This document shows positions 1-8,808 of a stretch of DNA of 64,000 nucleotides, one piece after another; position 1 is the first letter of the stretch, and each line of letters starts with the position of its first letter. This stretch comes from Clostridia bacterium. Lineage in GTDB: Bacteria > Bacillota > Clostridia > RUG12999. The notes under the pieces are model-generated. The model was given only the letters and a program-made list of their open reading frames with translations, searched no databases and was not told the origin of the DNA. The translations under genes were made by a program, and so were the position numbers. Location of the stretch: positions 1,528 to 65,527 of the forward strand of contig JAZNIU010000027.1 in the NCBI GenBank assembly GCA_045577655.1, written 5' to 3'.

Positions 1-543
1 AGGCCGGGCAAAAACTGCAAAATTTTCTATCTGTATAAATTCCGCACAATGACTGACGAAAAAGATGAAAATGGTAACTTGCTTCCTGATGATGTCCGAT
101 TGACAAAATTTGGCAGGTTCCTCAGAAAAACAAGTCTCGACGAACTCCCAGAAGCCATAAACATTTTAAAAGGGGATATGAGTGTTGTTGGTCCACGTCC
201 CCAGCTTGTACGGGATATGGTTTTCTTTGATGAAAATCAAATGAGGCGGCAAAGTGTTACTCCCGGTCTTACAGGTCTTGCGCAGATAAGCGGCAGAAAT
301 GGTATAACCTGGGAAGAAAAAATAGAGTTTGATTTAAAATACATAGAAAATATTACTTTTTTTGGTGATGTCAAGATTATTCTTCTGACTGTGTGGAAAG
401 CATTTGTAAAAACAGAAGGCATTTCCCAGGAGGGTATGGATACTGCCGAGGATTATGGCGACTGGCTGCTCAGTATGGGAAAGATTGATGAGACTGAATA
501 TAATGAAAAACAAACCGAAGCAAAAAATGTGTTAAGGATGTAG
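1..543 (+). CDS. Undecaprenyl-phosphate sugar phosphotransferase (bacterial sugar transferase family), C-terminal catalytic domain. The 5' end is truncated by the window edge.
   Basis: The reading frame is open from nt 1 and encodes ...KIFYLYKFRTM, the KFR(S/T)M motif of priming sugar transferases. Further motifs: DELPQ-like DELPEAINILKGDMSVVGPRP and PGLTGLAQ. The ORF track shows only the internal Met at 49. Confidence 0.85.
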   Translation, partial: RPGKNCKIFYLYKFRTMTDEKDENGNLLPDDVRLTKFGRFLRKTSLDELPEAINILKGDMSVVGPRPQLVRDMVFFDENQMRRQSVTPGLTGLAQISGRNGITWEEKIEFDLKYIENITFFGDVKIILLTVWKAFVKTEGISQEGMDTAEDYGDWLLSMGKIDETEYNEKQTEAKNVLRM

Positions 544-547
544 TGTT

Positions 548-1375
548 ATGGAAAAATTAAAATTCTCCGTTTCAATGTGTGTGTACGGCAAAGATAATCC
601 TCAGTGGTTTAAGGTTGCAGTAGACAGTGTTTTGAACCAAACCCGTCTTCCTAATGAGGTTGTTCTGATTGTAGACGGACCGGTCCCGGACGAGCTTGAT
701 TCTATTATCAAAAACTACGAGCAAATGGATATATTTAAGGTTATACGTCTTGAGACAAACCGTGGACACGGAGAGGCAAGGCGTATAGGTCTTGAAAATT
801 GCAACAACAATCTGGTTGCACTTATGGATGCAGATGATATAAGCTGTTCTGACAGATTTGAAAAACAACTTGAAATGTTTGAAAAAGATAACGAGCTTGC
901 AATCGTCGGCGGAAATATTACAGAGTTTATAGGTGACCCCGAAAATATTGTTGCACAACGTATCGTTCCATGTAATGATAAAGATATTAAAGAATATCTT
1001 AAAAAACGCTGCCCGATGAATCAGATGACAGTTATGTTTAAAAAAGATGGTGTTCAGTCGGTAGGAGGATATATTGACTGGTATTGCGATGAGGACTATT
1101 ATTTATGGATTAGGATGTGCCTTGCCGGACTAAAGTTTGCTAATTTGCCTGACATACTCGTTAATGTCAGAGTTGGAGCAGATATGTATCAGCGAAGAGG
1201 CGGGATAAAGTATTTTAAAAGTGAAGCAAAACTCCAGAGATTTATGCTTGATAAGAAAATTATTGGAACAGTTACATATTTGAGCAATGTTTTAAAGCGT
1301 GTTATTGTTCAGGTGATGCTTCCCAATAAACTGCGTGGATGGGTGTTTAAAAAATTGGCGAGAAAGTCGGTGTGA
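548..1375 (+). CDS. Glycosyltransferase family 2
   Basis: The N-terminus SVSMCVYGKDNP...VVLIVDGPVPDELD and the DAD motif (LMDADDIS) are typical of GT2/GT-A EPS transferases. It lies 4 nt after the upstream gene. Confidence 0.8.
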   Translation: MEKLKFSVSMCVYGKDNPQWFKVAVDSVLNQTRLPNEVVLIVDGPVPDELDSIIKNYEQMDIFKVIRLETNRGHGEARRIGLENCNNNLVALMDADDISCSDRFEKQLEMFEKDNELAIVGGNITEFIGDPENIVAQRIVPCNDKDIKEYLKKRCPMNQMTVMFKKDGVQSVGGYIDWYCDEDYYLWIRMCLAGLKFANLPDILVNVRVGADMYQRRGGIKYFKSEAKLQRFMLDKKIIGTVTYLSNVLKRVIVQVMLPNKLRGWVFKKLARKSV

Positions 1376-2190
1376 TTATGACGGAACTTCAAAGTAGGCT
1401 GCTCTGCGTTTTAAAATGGTTTCATGAATTGTGTAAGAAAGAAAATTTAGTTTATTATGCACAGGGGGGAACAGTTTTAGGGGCCGTAAGGCATAAAGGA
1501 TTTATTCCTTGGGATGATGATATTGATGTTGGAATGCCAAGAAAGGATTATGAAAAGTTTATAAAATTATCAGAGAAGGTAAATAAACATTCACAGTTTA
1601 TCATTGAATTTTCCGGCAAAAAAAAGGATTTTGTATATCCGTATTGTAAGATTTACGATCGGACAACAACTTTAGTGGAAAATACAAGATACAAGACAAA
1701 AAGGGGAATTTATATTGATGTATTTCCTATTGATGGAATAGGAAATACACTAGAAGAAAGTATTAACAACTTCAAAAAAGTGGACAAGATGATTAATTTG
1801 CTTTGCACAAGAGTTTGTGCGATACGAAAAGAAAGAAGTTGGTATAAAAACATTGCGATATTATTATCACGATGTATCCCCGAAAGTATGTTTAGTACGT
1901 TGGATTTAATGAAGAAAATTGAAACCTTAAGTAAGCAAAAAGAATACGACAAGTATGATTTTGTAGCAAATCTATGTGGCAATTGGCATGAAAAAGAAAT
2001 AATGGATAAGAAATGGGTTGAAAAGCCTATTCTATGCAAGTTTGAAAATATGCAGATTTTTATCCCCGGAAATTACGATGCATATCTTACAAGAATGTAT
2101 GGCGATTATATGAAATTGCCGCCGATAGAAAAAAGATGTACGCATCATGATTTTTTGTATATTGATTTGAATAAGTCATTTATGAAATAG
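1372..2190 (+). CDS. LicD-family phosphotransferase (phosphocholine / glycerol-phosphate / ribitol-phosphate transferase family)
   Basis: Carries the LicD nucleotidyltransferase-fold motif YAQGGTVLGAVRHKGFIPWDDDIDVGMPRKDY. The ATGA start overlaps the upstream stop. Confidence 0.75.
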   Translation: MIMTELQSRLLCVLKWFHELCKKENLVYYAQGGTVLGAVRHKGFIPWDDDIDVGMPRKDYEKFIKLSEKVNKHSQFIIEFSGKKKDFVYPYCKIYDRTTTLVENTRYKTKRGIYIDVFPIDGIGNTLEESINNFKKVDKMINLLCTRVCAIRKERSWYKNIAILLSRCIPESMFSTLDLMKKIETLSKQKEYDKYDFVANLCGNWHEKEIMDKKWVEKPILCKFENMQIFIPGNYDAYLTRMYGDYMKLPPIEKRCTHHDFLYIDLNKSFMK

Positions 2191-2199
2191 GAGGTTTTT

Positions 2200-2601
2200 A
2201 TGAAAAGAGTAATAACTTACGGAACATATGATTTGCTGCATTACGGACATATACTTTTGTTGAAACGAGCTAAGGAATTGGGGGACTATTTGATTGTTTG
2301 TCTTTCTACAGACGAGTTTAATGAAAATATGAAGAATAAAAAAACGTATTTTTCTTATGAACATAGAAAAAAACTTCTTGAAGCAGTTCGCTATGTTGAT
2401 CTGGTTGTTCCTGAAGAAAATTGGGAACAAAAAATTGATGATGTCAGAAAATATGACTGCGACATTTTTGTTATGGGGGATGACTGGAAAGGAAAATTTG
2501 ATTTTTTGAAAGATTATTGTGAAGTGGTGTATCTGGAGCGAACACCGGAAATATCTACAACTAAAATAAAGCAGGACTTAAAAATAGAGAGGGAAAAATA
2601 A
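2200..2601 (+). CDS. tagD: Glycerol-3-phosphate cytidylyltransferase (CDP-glycerol synthase)
   Basis: 133 aa. ITYGTYDLLHYGHILLLKRAKELGDYLIVCLSTDEFN is the HxGH cytidylyltransferase signature, with TagD size and layout. Confidence 0.8.
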   Translation: MKRVITYGTYDLLHYGHILLLKRAKELGDYLIVCLSTDEFNENMKNKKTYFSYEHRKKLLEAVRYVDLVVPEENWEQKIDDVRKYDCDIFVMGDDWKGKFDFLKDYCEVVYLERTPEISTTKIKQDLKIEREK

Positions 2602-2602
2602 T

Positions 2603-3439
2603 ATGGCTGAAAAAAGGTCCTTTGAAATTTTGTGTGCAACGATGCACCAAAATGACTTTTCTAAGATAAAAGAAATGAATATTCACTCTGATGTGGTTTT
2701 TGCAAACCAGTGTGACACTACCTCTTATGATGAATGCGAATTTGAAGGTAAAAAAGCAAAAATGATTTCCACTCAGACAAGAGGAGTAGGTGTGAACCGT
2801 AACCTTGCACTTTTGTATGCAAGCGGAGATGTTTGTCTTTTTGCAGATGATGACGTTGTTTATAGCGACGATATGGAAGAAAAGGTGGTATCAGAATTTG
2901 AAGATCACCCCGATGCTGACATTATAATTTTTCATTTTGAATCCGACAGCAAGGATAGGGTTCCGAAGAAATACCCGAAAACAAAAAAATGCGGGAGATT
3001 TTCAAAAATGTCCTGGGGCGCCGTGAGGGTTGCATTCAGACTTGAAAAGGTTAGAAGGGCAAATCTCTGGTTTACCACACTTTTTGGCGGTGGATGCATT
3101 TTCCCGTCGGGAGAGGACAGTATGTGGCTTAATGATGCTAAAAAAAGCGGGCTTAATTTTTATGTTTCAAAAGAAACAATAGGAAAGGTTTCTTATGCAA
3201 CATCCACATGGTTTACAGGATATGATGAGAAAATGTTTTACGGAAAAGGTGCTTTTTATAAAGCAATACATCCAAAAACGTTATTATTGTGGATGATTTA
3301 TTTTTGCCTCAGGACGAGAAAATTATCCGGAATGTCGGACTTTAACAAGTTGAAATGGATGATTTACGGTATTGATGGCTACAAAAAAATGATGACTTAT
3401 AATGATTACTGCAGTTATCTAAAAGAAAAAAATGGATGA
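2603..3439 (+). CDS. Glycosyltransferase (GT-A fold, GT2-like)
   Basis: Has a DxD-type motif (LFADDDVVYSDD) in a ~280 aa protein inside a polysaccharide locus. There is a 1-nt gap to tagD. Family assignment is tentative. Confidence 0.5.
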   Translation: MAEKRSFEILCATMHQNDFSKIKEMNIHSDVVFANQCDTTSYDECEFEGKKAKMISTQTRGVGVNRNLALLYASGDVCLFADDDVVYSDDMEEKVVSEFEDHPDADIIIFHFESDSKDRVPKKYPKTKKCGRFSKMSWGAVRVAFRLEKVRRANLWFTTLFGGGCIFPSGEDSMWLNDAKKSGLNFYVSKETIGKVSYATSTWFTGYDEKMFYGKGAFYKAIHPKTLLLWMIYFCLRTRKLSGMSDFNKLKWMIYGIDGYKKMMTYNDYCSYLKEKNG

Positions 3440-3458
3440 TTAAAGAAGGAATAAAAAT

Positions 3459-4529
3459 ATGAAGTATTCGATTATTACCATTCATCATATTCATAACTTC
3501 GGGTCTGTTTTTCAGGCATATTCTCTTTACAAGTTTCTGTCACAAAAGGGGTATGATGCTGAAATTATTGATTATCAGCCGTCATACTACAAAACCGGCA
3601 GGAATAAATTAAAATCACTTGTCGGCAAGATGATAAATCTTAAAGATTATATAAAAAGAGAAAAAAAGTTTGCACGGTTTATAAAAAAAAATGACAGGCT
3701 GTCTTCTGAAAAGTTCACTGATTACAAGCAACTGTGCAAATATTATAACAAAAAAGAGAATGTTTTTATTGCAGGTGGAGACCAGCTCTGGAACAATTAT
3801 CATCCATGCGGAAATGATGAAGCATACAAACTTTTGTTTACCGACAGTAAAAGAAAAATTGCCTATGGAACAAGCATGGGCAGAGATAATTTTTCTGAGG
3901 ATGATCTGAAAAAACTGGCAGAACAAACGGCAGATTTTAAGCAAATTATGATTCGCGAAAAATCGACTGTTTCGATGCTTCAAAAACACACTAAGACCAC
4001 TGTTATGCATGTAATAGATCCTGTTGGCCTTATAGATATTAAAGAGTTTGAAAAGCTTGCCGTAAAGCCGGATATAAAAGAGCCTTATGCGGTTATGTAT
4101 CTGGCAGATTCGGGGGAACTCCTAGATGAAGCTGTGAAAATTCTTTCGGAAAAACTAAACCTTAAAGTTGTTCATATTTGTGGGTTCAGAAAAAAATGTG
4201 AGTGCGACTTTTTCCTTAAAGACTCGGGACCTGAAGAAATTTTAGGATATATTATGAATGCCGAGTTTGTTATTTCAGCCTCGTTTCATGCAACCATGTT
4301 TTCGATTTTGTTTAACAAGCCGTTCGCATCACTGCTTCCCGGAAGCAATACCAATGCGAGAATTGAAGATATTCTTCGATTGTGCGGGCTTGAGGACAGA
4401 ATTGTCAGGGATGAACAGTCACTCGAATGCATAACAAATCAAATTGACTGGGAACAGGTCAACGAAAAAATAGAAAAATTAAAAATTGAGTCGGCCAGTA
4501 AACTGACAGAGGCACTTAATAATATTTGA
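3459..4529 (+). CDS. Polysaccharide pyruvyl transferase (CsaB/WcaK-like)
   Basis: The N-terminus YSIITIHHIHNFGSVFQAYSLYKFL matches the PF04230-type start (hxNYGaxLQ). ~350 aa. Found in an EPS context. Confidence 0.75.
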   Translation: MKYSIITIHHIHNFGSVFQAYSLYKFLSQKGYDAEIIDYQPSYYKTGRNKLKSLVGKMINLKDYIKREKKFARFIKKNDRLSSEKFTDYKQLCKYYNKKENVFIAGGDQLWNNYHPCGNDEAYKLLFTDSKRKIAYGTSMGRDNFSEDDLKKLAEQTADFKQIMIREKSTVSMLQKHTKTTVMHVIDPVGLIDIKEFEKLAVKPDIKEPYAVMYLADSGELLDEAVKILSEKLNLKVVHICGFRKKCECDFFLKDSGPEEILGYIMNAEFVISASFHATMFSILFNKPFASLLPGSNTNARIEDILRLCGLEDRIVRDEQSLECITNQIDWEQVNEKIEKLKIESASKLTEALNNI

Positions 4530-4543
4530 AAAGAGAATGAACT

Positions 4544-5761
4544 ATGAATGTAATATATTTATCAAGCGGTTGTTCGAATGAAAAATTTGCTGAACTGCGG
4601 AACAAAGGTATCACAAAAAAGATGCCGCAGGCACAAAAATATCACCACCTTCTGATGGAGGGAATAGCGGAAAATATTGATGGTGAACTGGTGTCCATTT
4701 CGGCAATCCCTGTGAATCGACAGTGGACAAAACAGGTGTTGTTTCGCAGAGAAGAGGAAATTGTCGGTAAAATACGATATATTTATGACTCCTTTATCAA
4801 TTCTATGTTTTTAAGGCAGTATACTCGATATATTGGAGCATTAAAAAATATTAAAAAGCTTTGCAGTAAGAATAATGACTGGGTGATTATCTGTGACGTT
4901 TTGAATCAGTCTTTGGCTAATGCCGCCCGCAAGGCAGGTAAGAAATATCATATTCCTGTGATTGGTATTGTTACGGATGTGCCGGGACACTCTGCTGGGG
5001 CACGTATAAAAAACCAGCCTTTTATAATCAGAAAAATAGCCAAACTGTCATCAAAAATGGCACAGGCCAACCTGCATAAATACAATGCTTATTTGCTTCT
5101 TACTGAAGAAATGAACAAGGTTGTTAATGGCAAAAACAGACCATACATTGTACTTGAAGGTCAGTCGGATGTTAATATGTCTTGCAGGGAAAATAAAATA
5201 GAAAACAAGACAGACCCAAAGATTATTATGTATGCCGGCGGCATTCATACAGAATTTGGGATAAAACGGATGGTAAATGCATTTGTTTCTGGCGGGTTTG
5301 AAGGATGGCAACTACATATTTACGGCGATGGAAACTACCAGAATGAGTTGAAAGATTTAGCAGAAAAAAATGAACAGATAAAATACTTTGGGATAAGACC
5401 AAATAGTGAAATTGTTGAAAACCAGCTTAATGCAAGTTTGCTTGTTAACCCCAGACTTACCGACGCGGAGTATGTTAAATATTCATTCCCTTCCAAGACA
5501 ATGGAATGCATGGCTTCTGGAACCCCGCTTCTGACAACAAAGCTTCCGGGGATGCCCCCGGAATATTATGATTTTGTATATTTCTTTGAAGAAGAAACCG
5601 AGGAAGGTATGCTTAAGGCTTTCCGCAAGGTTCTGTCAGTTCCGGCAGAAGAAATGCATTCGTTTGGTATGAAAGCCAAAGAGTTTGTACTTACAGAAAA
5701 AAATAATATCTGCCAGGCTAAAAAATTGGTTGATTTTGCAGCTGGGTTGAGGGTGAATTAG
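4544..5761 (+). CDS. Glycosyltransferase family 1 (GT4, retaining)
   Basis: C-terminal GT-B motif EYVKYSFPSKTMECMASGTPLLTT (the E-x7-E region). ~400 aa. Confidence 0.8.
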   Translation: MNVIYLSSGCSNEKFAELRNKGITKKMPQAQKYHHLLMEGIAENIDGELVSISAIPVNRQWTKQVLFRREEEIVGKIRYIYDSFINSMFLRQYTRYIGALKNIKKLCSKNNDWVIICDVLNQSLANAARKAGKKYHIPVIGIVTDVPGHSAGARIKNQPFIIRKIAKLSSKMAQANLHKYNAYLLLTEEMNKVVNGKNRPYIVLEGQSDVNMSCRENKIENKTDPKIIMYAGGIHTEFGIKRMVNAFVSGGFEGWQLHIYGDGNYQNELKDLAEKNEQIKYFGIRPNSEIVENQLNASLLVNPRLTDAEYVKYSFPSKTMECMASGTPLLTTKLPGMPPEYYDFVYFFEEETEEGMLKAFRKVLSVPAEEMHSFGMKAKEFVLTEKNNICQAKKLVDFAAGLRVN

Positions 5762-5763
5762 AT

Positions 5764-6975
5764 ATGGCAAATGAAAAAAGTATTATACAAATAAATACTT
5801 TGGATTGCATGGGATGTGGTCTGTGTTCGGAGATTTGCCCAAAACGGTGCATATCAATGATTCCGGATGATGAAGGATTTCTTGCTCCAAAGATTGATGC
5901 AGAAATGTGTATTGATTGTGGGGTATGCCTTAAAAACTGCCCTGCAGCCAATGCGGCAGACAGTTTGTTTTTCGGCGAGCCTCGTAGTTATTTCTGCGGA
6001 ACTATAAAGGATGATGATATTCTGCTTAAAAGCTCATCCGGGGGTGTTTTTGGTGTTCTTGCGAAGCATATTCTTGGCAAAAAAGGCTATGTTTGTGGAT
6101 GTATTTATAATGATGATATGATGGCGGTTCACGCCGTTACCAATGACAACGCTGTTGTAGAGAAAATGTATGGATCCAAGTATGTGCAGAGTAGAAGTGA
6201 CGAGTGTTTTGCTGAAATAAAAGACAAGCTTGATTTGGGTGAGAAATTGCTTTTCACGGGTACTGCATGCCAGATTGCTGCTCTTCGCATATATCTTCGG
6301 AAAAAATATGACAATCTGATTTGTGTTGAGATTTTATGTCATGGAGTACCGAGCCCGATGTTTTTCCGAAAGTATGTGAAATATCTGGAGAAAAAACTGC
6401 ACGGAAGGATTGAAAGCGTTCAGTTTCGCAACAAGGAAAAGCATGGATGGGGAAGCGAACACAGAACCTGTGTGGTCTATAATAAGAACGGAAAACAGAA
6501 AAAATACAGACCAATATTACCTGCATATTTCAGTGCCTTTTTCTATGGCATAAATTTGAGAGAATCCTGTTACCTTTGCAAGTTTGCGAAACCTGACAGG
6601 ATAGCCGACCTTACCATAGGGGATTTTTGGGGCTCGTGGGAAAAATTCGGCAAAAGGTTTACAGAAGGTATTTCGGTTGTTGGCATAAACAGTGAAAAAG
6701 GGCAAGACCTTATTGGAGAAGTGAAAGAAGAGTTTTCTCTCTTTGAAATACTTGGGAAAAATGAAGCTGTGCGTTCAAACGACAATTTTGAACATCCTAT
6801 TAAACGTCCACCGGAACGCGATTGTTTTTATAATGGTTTTGAGAAAAAATACAAGGGCGCCTGGAAAAAAGCATATTTTACAAAAACCTACCGAAAGAAA
6901 ACATTAGCTTCAGTTTACGGGGCGCTGGTGCCTGCAAAATGGCGATATCTTAGACATAAGCTAAAGAAGAGATAA
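5764..6975 (+). CDS. Coenzyme F420 hydrogenase/dehydrogenase beta-subunit-like iron-sulfur protein of the kind found in polysaccharide loci
   Basis: Two N-terminal 4Fe-4S ferredoxin motifs (CMGCGLCSEICP and CIDCGVCLKNCP), followed by a ~300 aa FrhB/FdhB-like body. Members of this family are commonly paired with pyruvyl transferases. Confidence 0.65.
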   Translation: MANEKSIIQINTLDCMGCGLCSEICPKRCISMIPDDEGFLAPKIDAEMCIDCGVCLKNCPAANAADSLFFGEPRSYFCGTIKDDDILLKSSSGGVFGVLAKHILGKKGYVCGCIYNDDMMAVHAVTNDNAVVEKMYGSKYVQSRSDECFAEIKDKLDLGEKLLFTGTACQIAALRIYLRKKYDNLICVEILCHGVPSPMFFRKYVKYLEKKLHGRIESVQFRNKEKHGWGSEHRTCVVYNKNGKQKKYRPILPAYFSAFFYGINLRESCYLCKFAKPDRIADLTIGDFWGSWEKFGKRFTEGISVVGINSEKGQDLIGEVKEEFSLFEILGKNEAVRSNDNFEHPIKRPPERDCFYNGFEKKYKGAWKKAYFTKTYRKKTLASVYGALVPAKWRYLRHKLKKR

Positions 6976-6982
6976 AGAGAAT

Positions 6983-7528
6983 ATGACAAATTTAAATAAA
7001 CAAAGAAATAAAAAGATGATACTCGCAGCCATGTTTCTGGCTCTGGGAATGGCGCTTCCTTTTCTTACCTCCCAGGTCAAAGAAATAGGCGATTCGCTGC
7101 TTCCAATGCATCTTGCGGTTATGCTGTGCGGGATTATTTGCGGCAGCAGATACGGGCTTGTTGTTGGACTGCTTTTACCAGTTTTAAGAGGTTTTTGTTT
7201 TGGAATGCCAAGACTTTACCCTAATGCTATGTGGATGTCACCCGAACTTGCTGTTTATGGGTTTTCAGTTGGATTTTTTTATTCGGTTTTACCGAAAAAC
7301 AGAAAAACCTCCGTTTATATTTCACTTCTGGGAGCTATGCTGTGCGGCAGGATAATCTGGGGGATTTTAAAGGCGGTTATTCTCGGCGTTTCGGAAAAAC
7401 AGTTTACAATAGCTATGTTTGTTGCAGAGGGGTTTGTTGATGCAATCCCCGGCATTATACTGCAACTTTTGTTAATACCGCTCATTGTTTCGCTTGTGAA
7501 AAAGGAGAATGCAAATGGACAAAATTAA
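6983..7528 (+). CDS. Small polytopic membrane protein, possibly an ECF-transporter S (substrate-capture) component
   Basis: 181 aa with about 5-6 TM helices. LPMHLAVMLCGIICGSRYGLVVGLLLP resembles the H-x-P/A...G-[PS]-x-x-G loop of ECF S components. Only 7 nt after the upstream stop; overlaps the next gene. Confidence 0.35.
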   Translation: MTNLNKQRNKKMILAAMFLALGMALPFLTSQVKEIGDSLLPMHLAVMLCGIICGSRYGLVVGLLLPVLRGFCFGMPRLYPNAMWMSPELAVYGFSVGFFYSVLPKNRKTSVYISLLGAMLCGRIIWGILKAVILGVSEKQFTIAMFVAEGFVDAIPGIILQLLLIPLIVSLVKKENANGQN

Positions 7529-8798
7529 GATATCTTTTCCTTATGGGAAAGGAAAAATGGAATATGAGTTTAATAAAAAAGAACTTGAAGGTGTTTTAAC
7601 ATCCGGGATAGAAGAATATATTCCTGAGGCAGATGAGGAAACTCTTGTAAGAAGGGCGCTTGAAAACCCGGTTGGTTCCAACCGTTTGTGCGAGCTTGCT
7701 AAAGGGAAAAACAAGATTGTTATTATTGCAAGTGACCATACGCGACCCGTTCCCAGCAAGGTTATTATGCCTGCTATGCTTGAAGAAATAAGAAAAGGCA
7801 ACCCTGATGCCGACATAACAATTCTTATTGCAACAGGTTGTCACAGAGGAACTACTAAAGAAGAACTTATTTACAAGTTTGGGGAAGAAATTGTTAAGAA
7901 TGAAAATATCTACATTCACGACTGCGACGAAAGAGAAAAACTTGAAAATTTAGGAAAACTTCCGTCAGGTGGCGAATGCGAAATAAATTCTATAGCAACA
8001 CAAGCTGATTTGCTTGTTGCGGAAGGGTTTATTGAACCACATCTTTTTGCAGGATATTCGGGTGGCAGGAAAAGTGTTCTGCCGGGTATTGTAAGCCGTG
8101 AGACAGTGCTTGCGAACCATTGTGCAGAGTTTATTGACAGTGAAAATGCAAGAACGGGAGTTCTTGAAAACAATCCCGTTCACAAGGATATGCTCTGGGC
8201 AGCAAAGGCTGCCAAGCTTACATTTATTGTAAATGTTGTTTTAAACGGAGAAAAAAAGGTTATTTACGCTGTTGCGGGAGACCTTGAAAAAGCTCATAAA
8301 AAGGGAACCGACTTTTTATCAACTCTGTGCGGAGTAAAAGGGACCGGGGCAGATGTTGTAATTACATCAAACGGTGGTTATCCGCTTGACCAGAATGTCT
8401 ACCAGGCGGTAAAAGGGATGACGGCAGCAGAAGCGGCAGTTAAAGGGGGAGGCGTAATAATTATGCTTTCCGAAACTTCTGACGGGTCAGGAAGCGACCA
8501 TTTTTATAATCTTCTCTCGGAGAAAGAAGATGTCGGTGAAATGATGAAAACTCTTCTTTCCCAGAAAAGAACCGAAACGGTTCCGGACCAGTGGCAGGCG
8601 CAGATTCTTTTGAGAATTCTGATGAAATCAACTGTTATATATATTTCCGAAATGGAAGATGAATTGGTTGAAAAAATGCATATGATACCTGCCAAATCTA
8701 TTGAAGAGGCACTTATAAAGGCAAAAAGAATATTGAATAAAGATAGTATTAAAATTACAGCGATTCCGGACGGAATTTCGGTTGTTGTTAAAAAATGA
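7515..8798 (+). CDS. LarA-family nickel-pincer-nucleotide-dependent 2-hydroxyacid racemase/epimerase homologue (DUF2088)
   Basis: LarA-type motifs are present: IIASDHTRPVP, ATGCHRGTT, GYSGGRKS (the Lys equivalent to the NPN-tethering lysine) and a downstream catalytic-type His (ANHCAEF). The ORF track starts at 7509, but the ATG at 7515 has better RBS spacing. Confidence 0.8.
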   Translation: MDKIKISFPYGKGKMEYEFNKKELEGVLTSGIEEYIPEADEETLVRRALENPVGSNRLCELAKGKNKIVIIASDHTRPVPSKVIMPAMLEEIRKGNPDADITILIATGCHRGTTKEELIYKFGEEIVKNENIYIHDCDEREKLENLGKLPSGGECEINSIATQADLLVAEGFIEPHLFAGYSGGRKSVLPGIVSRETVLANHCAEFIDSENARTGVLENNPVHKDMLWAAKAAKLTFIVNVVLNGEKKVIYAVAGDLEKAHKKGTDFLSTLCGVKGTGADVVITSNGGYPLDQNVYQAVKGMTAAEAAVKGGGVIIMLSETSDGSGSDHFYNLLSEKEDVGEMMKTLLSQKRTETVPDQWQAQILLRILMKSTVIYISEMEDELVEKMHMIPAKSIEEALIKAKRILNKDSIKITAIPDGISVVVKK

Positions 8799-8808
8799 GG
8801 AGAAATAA

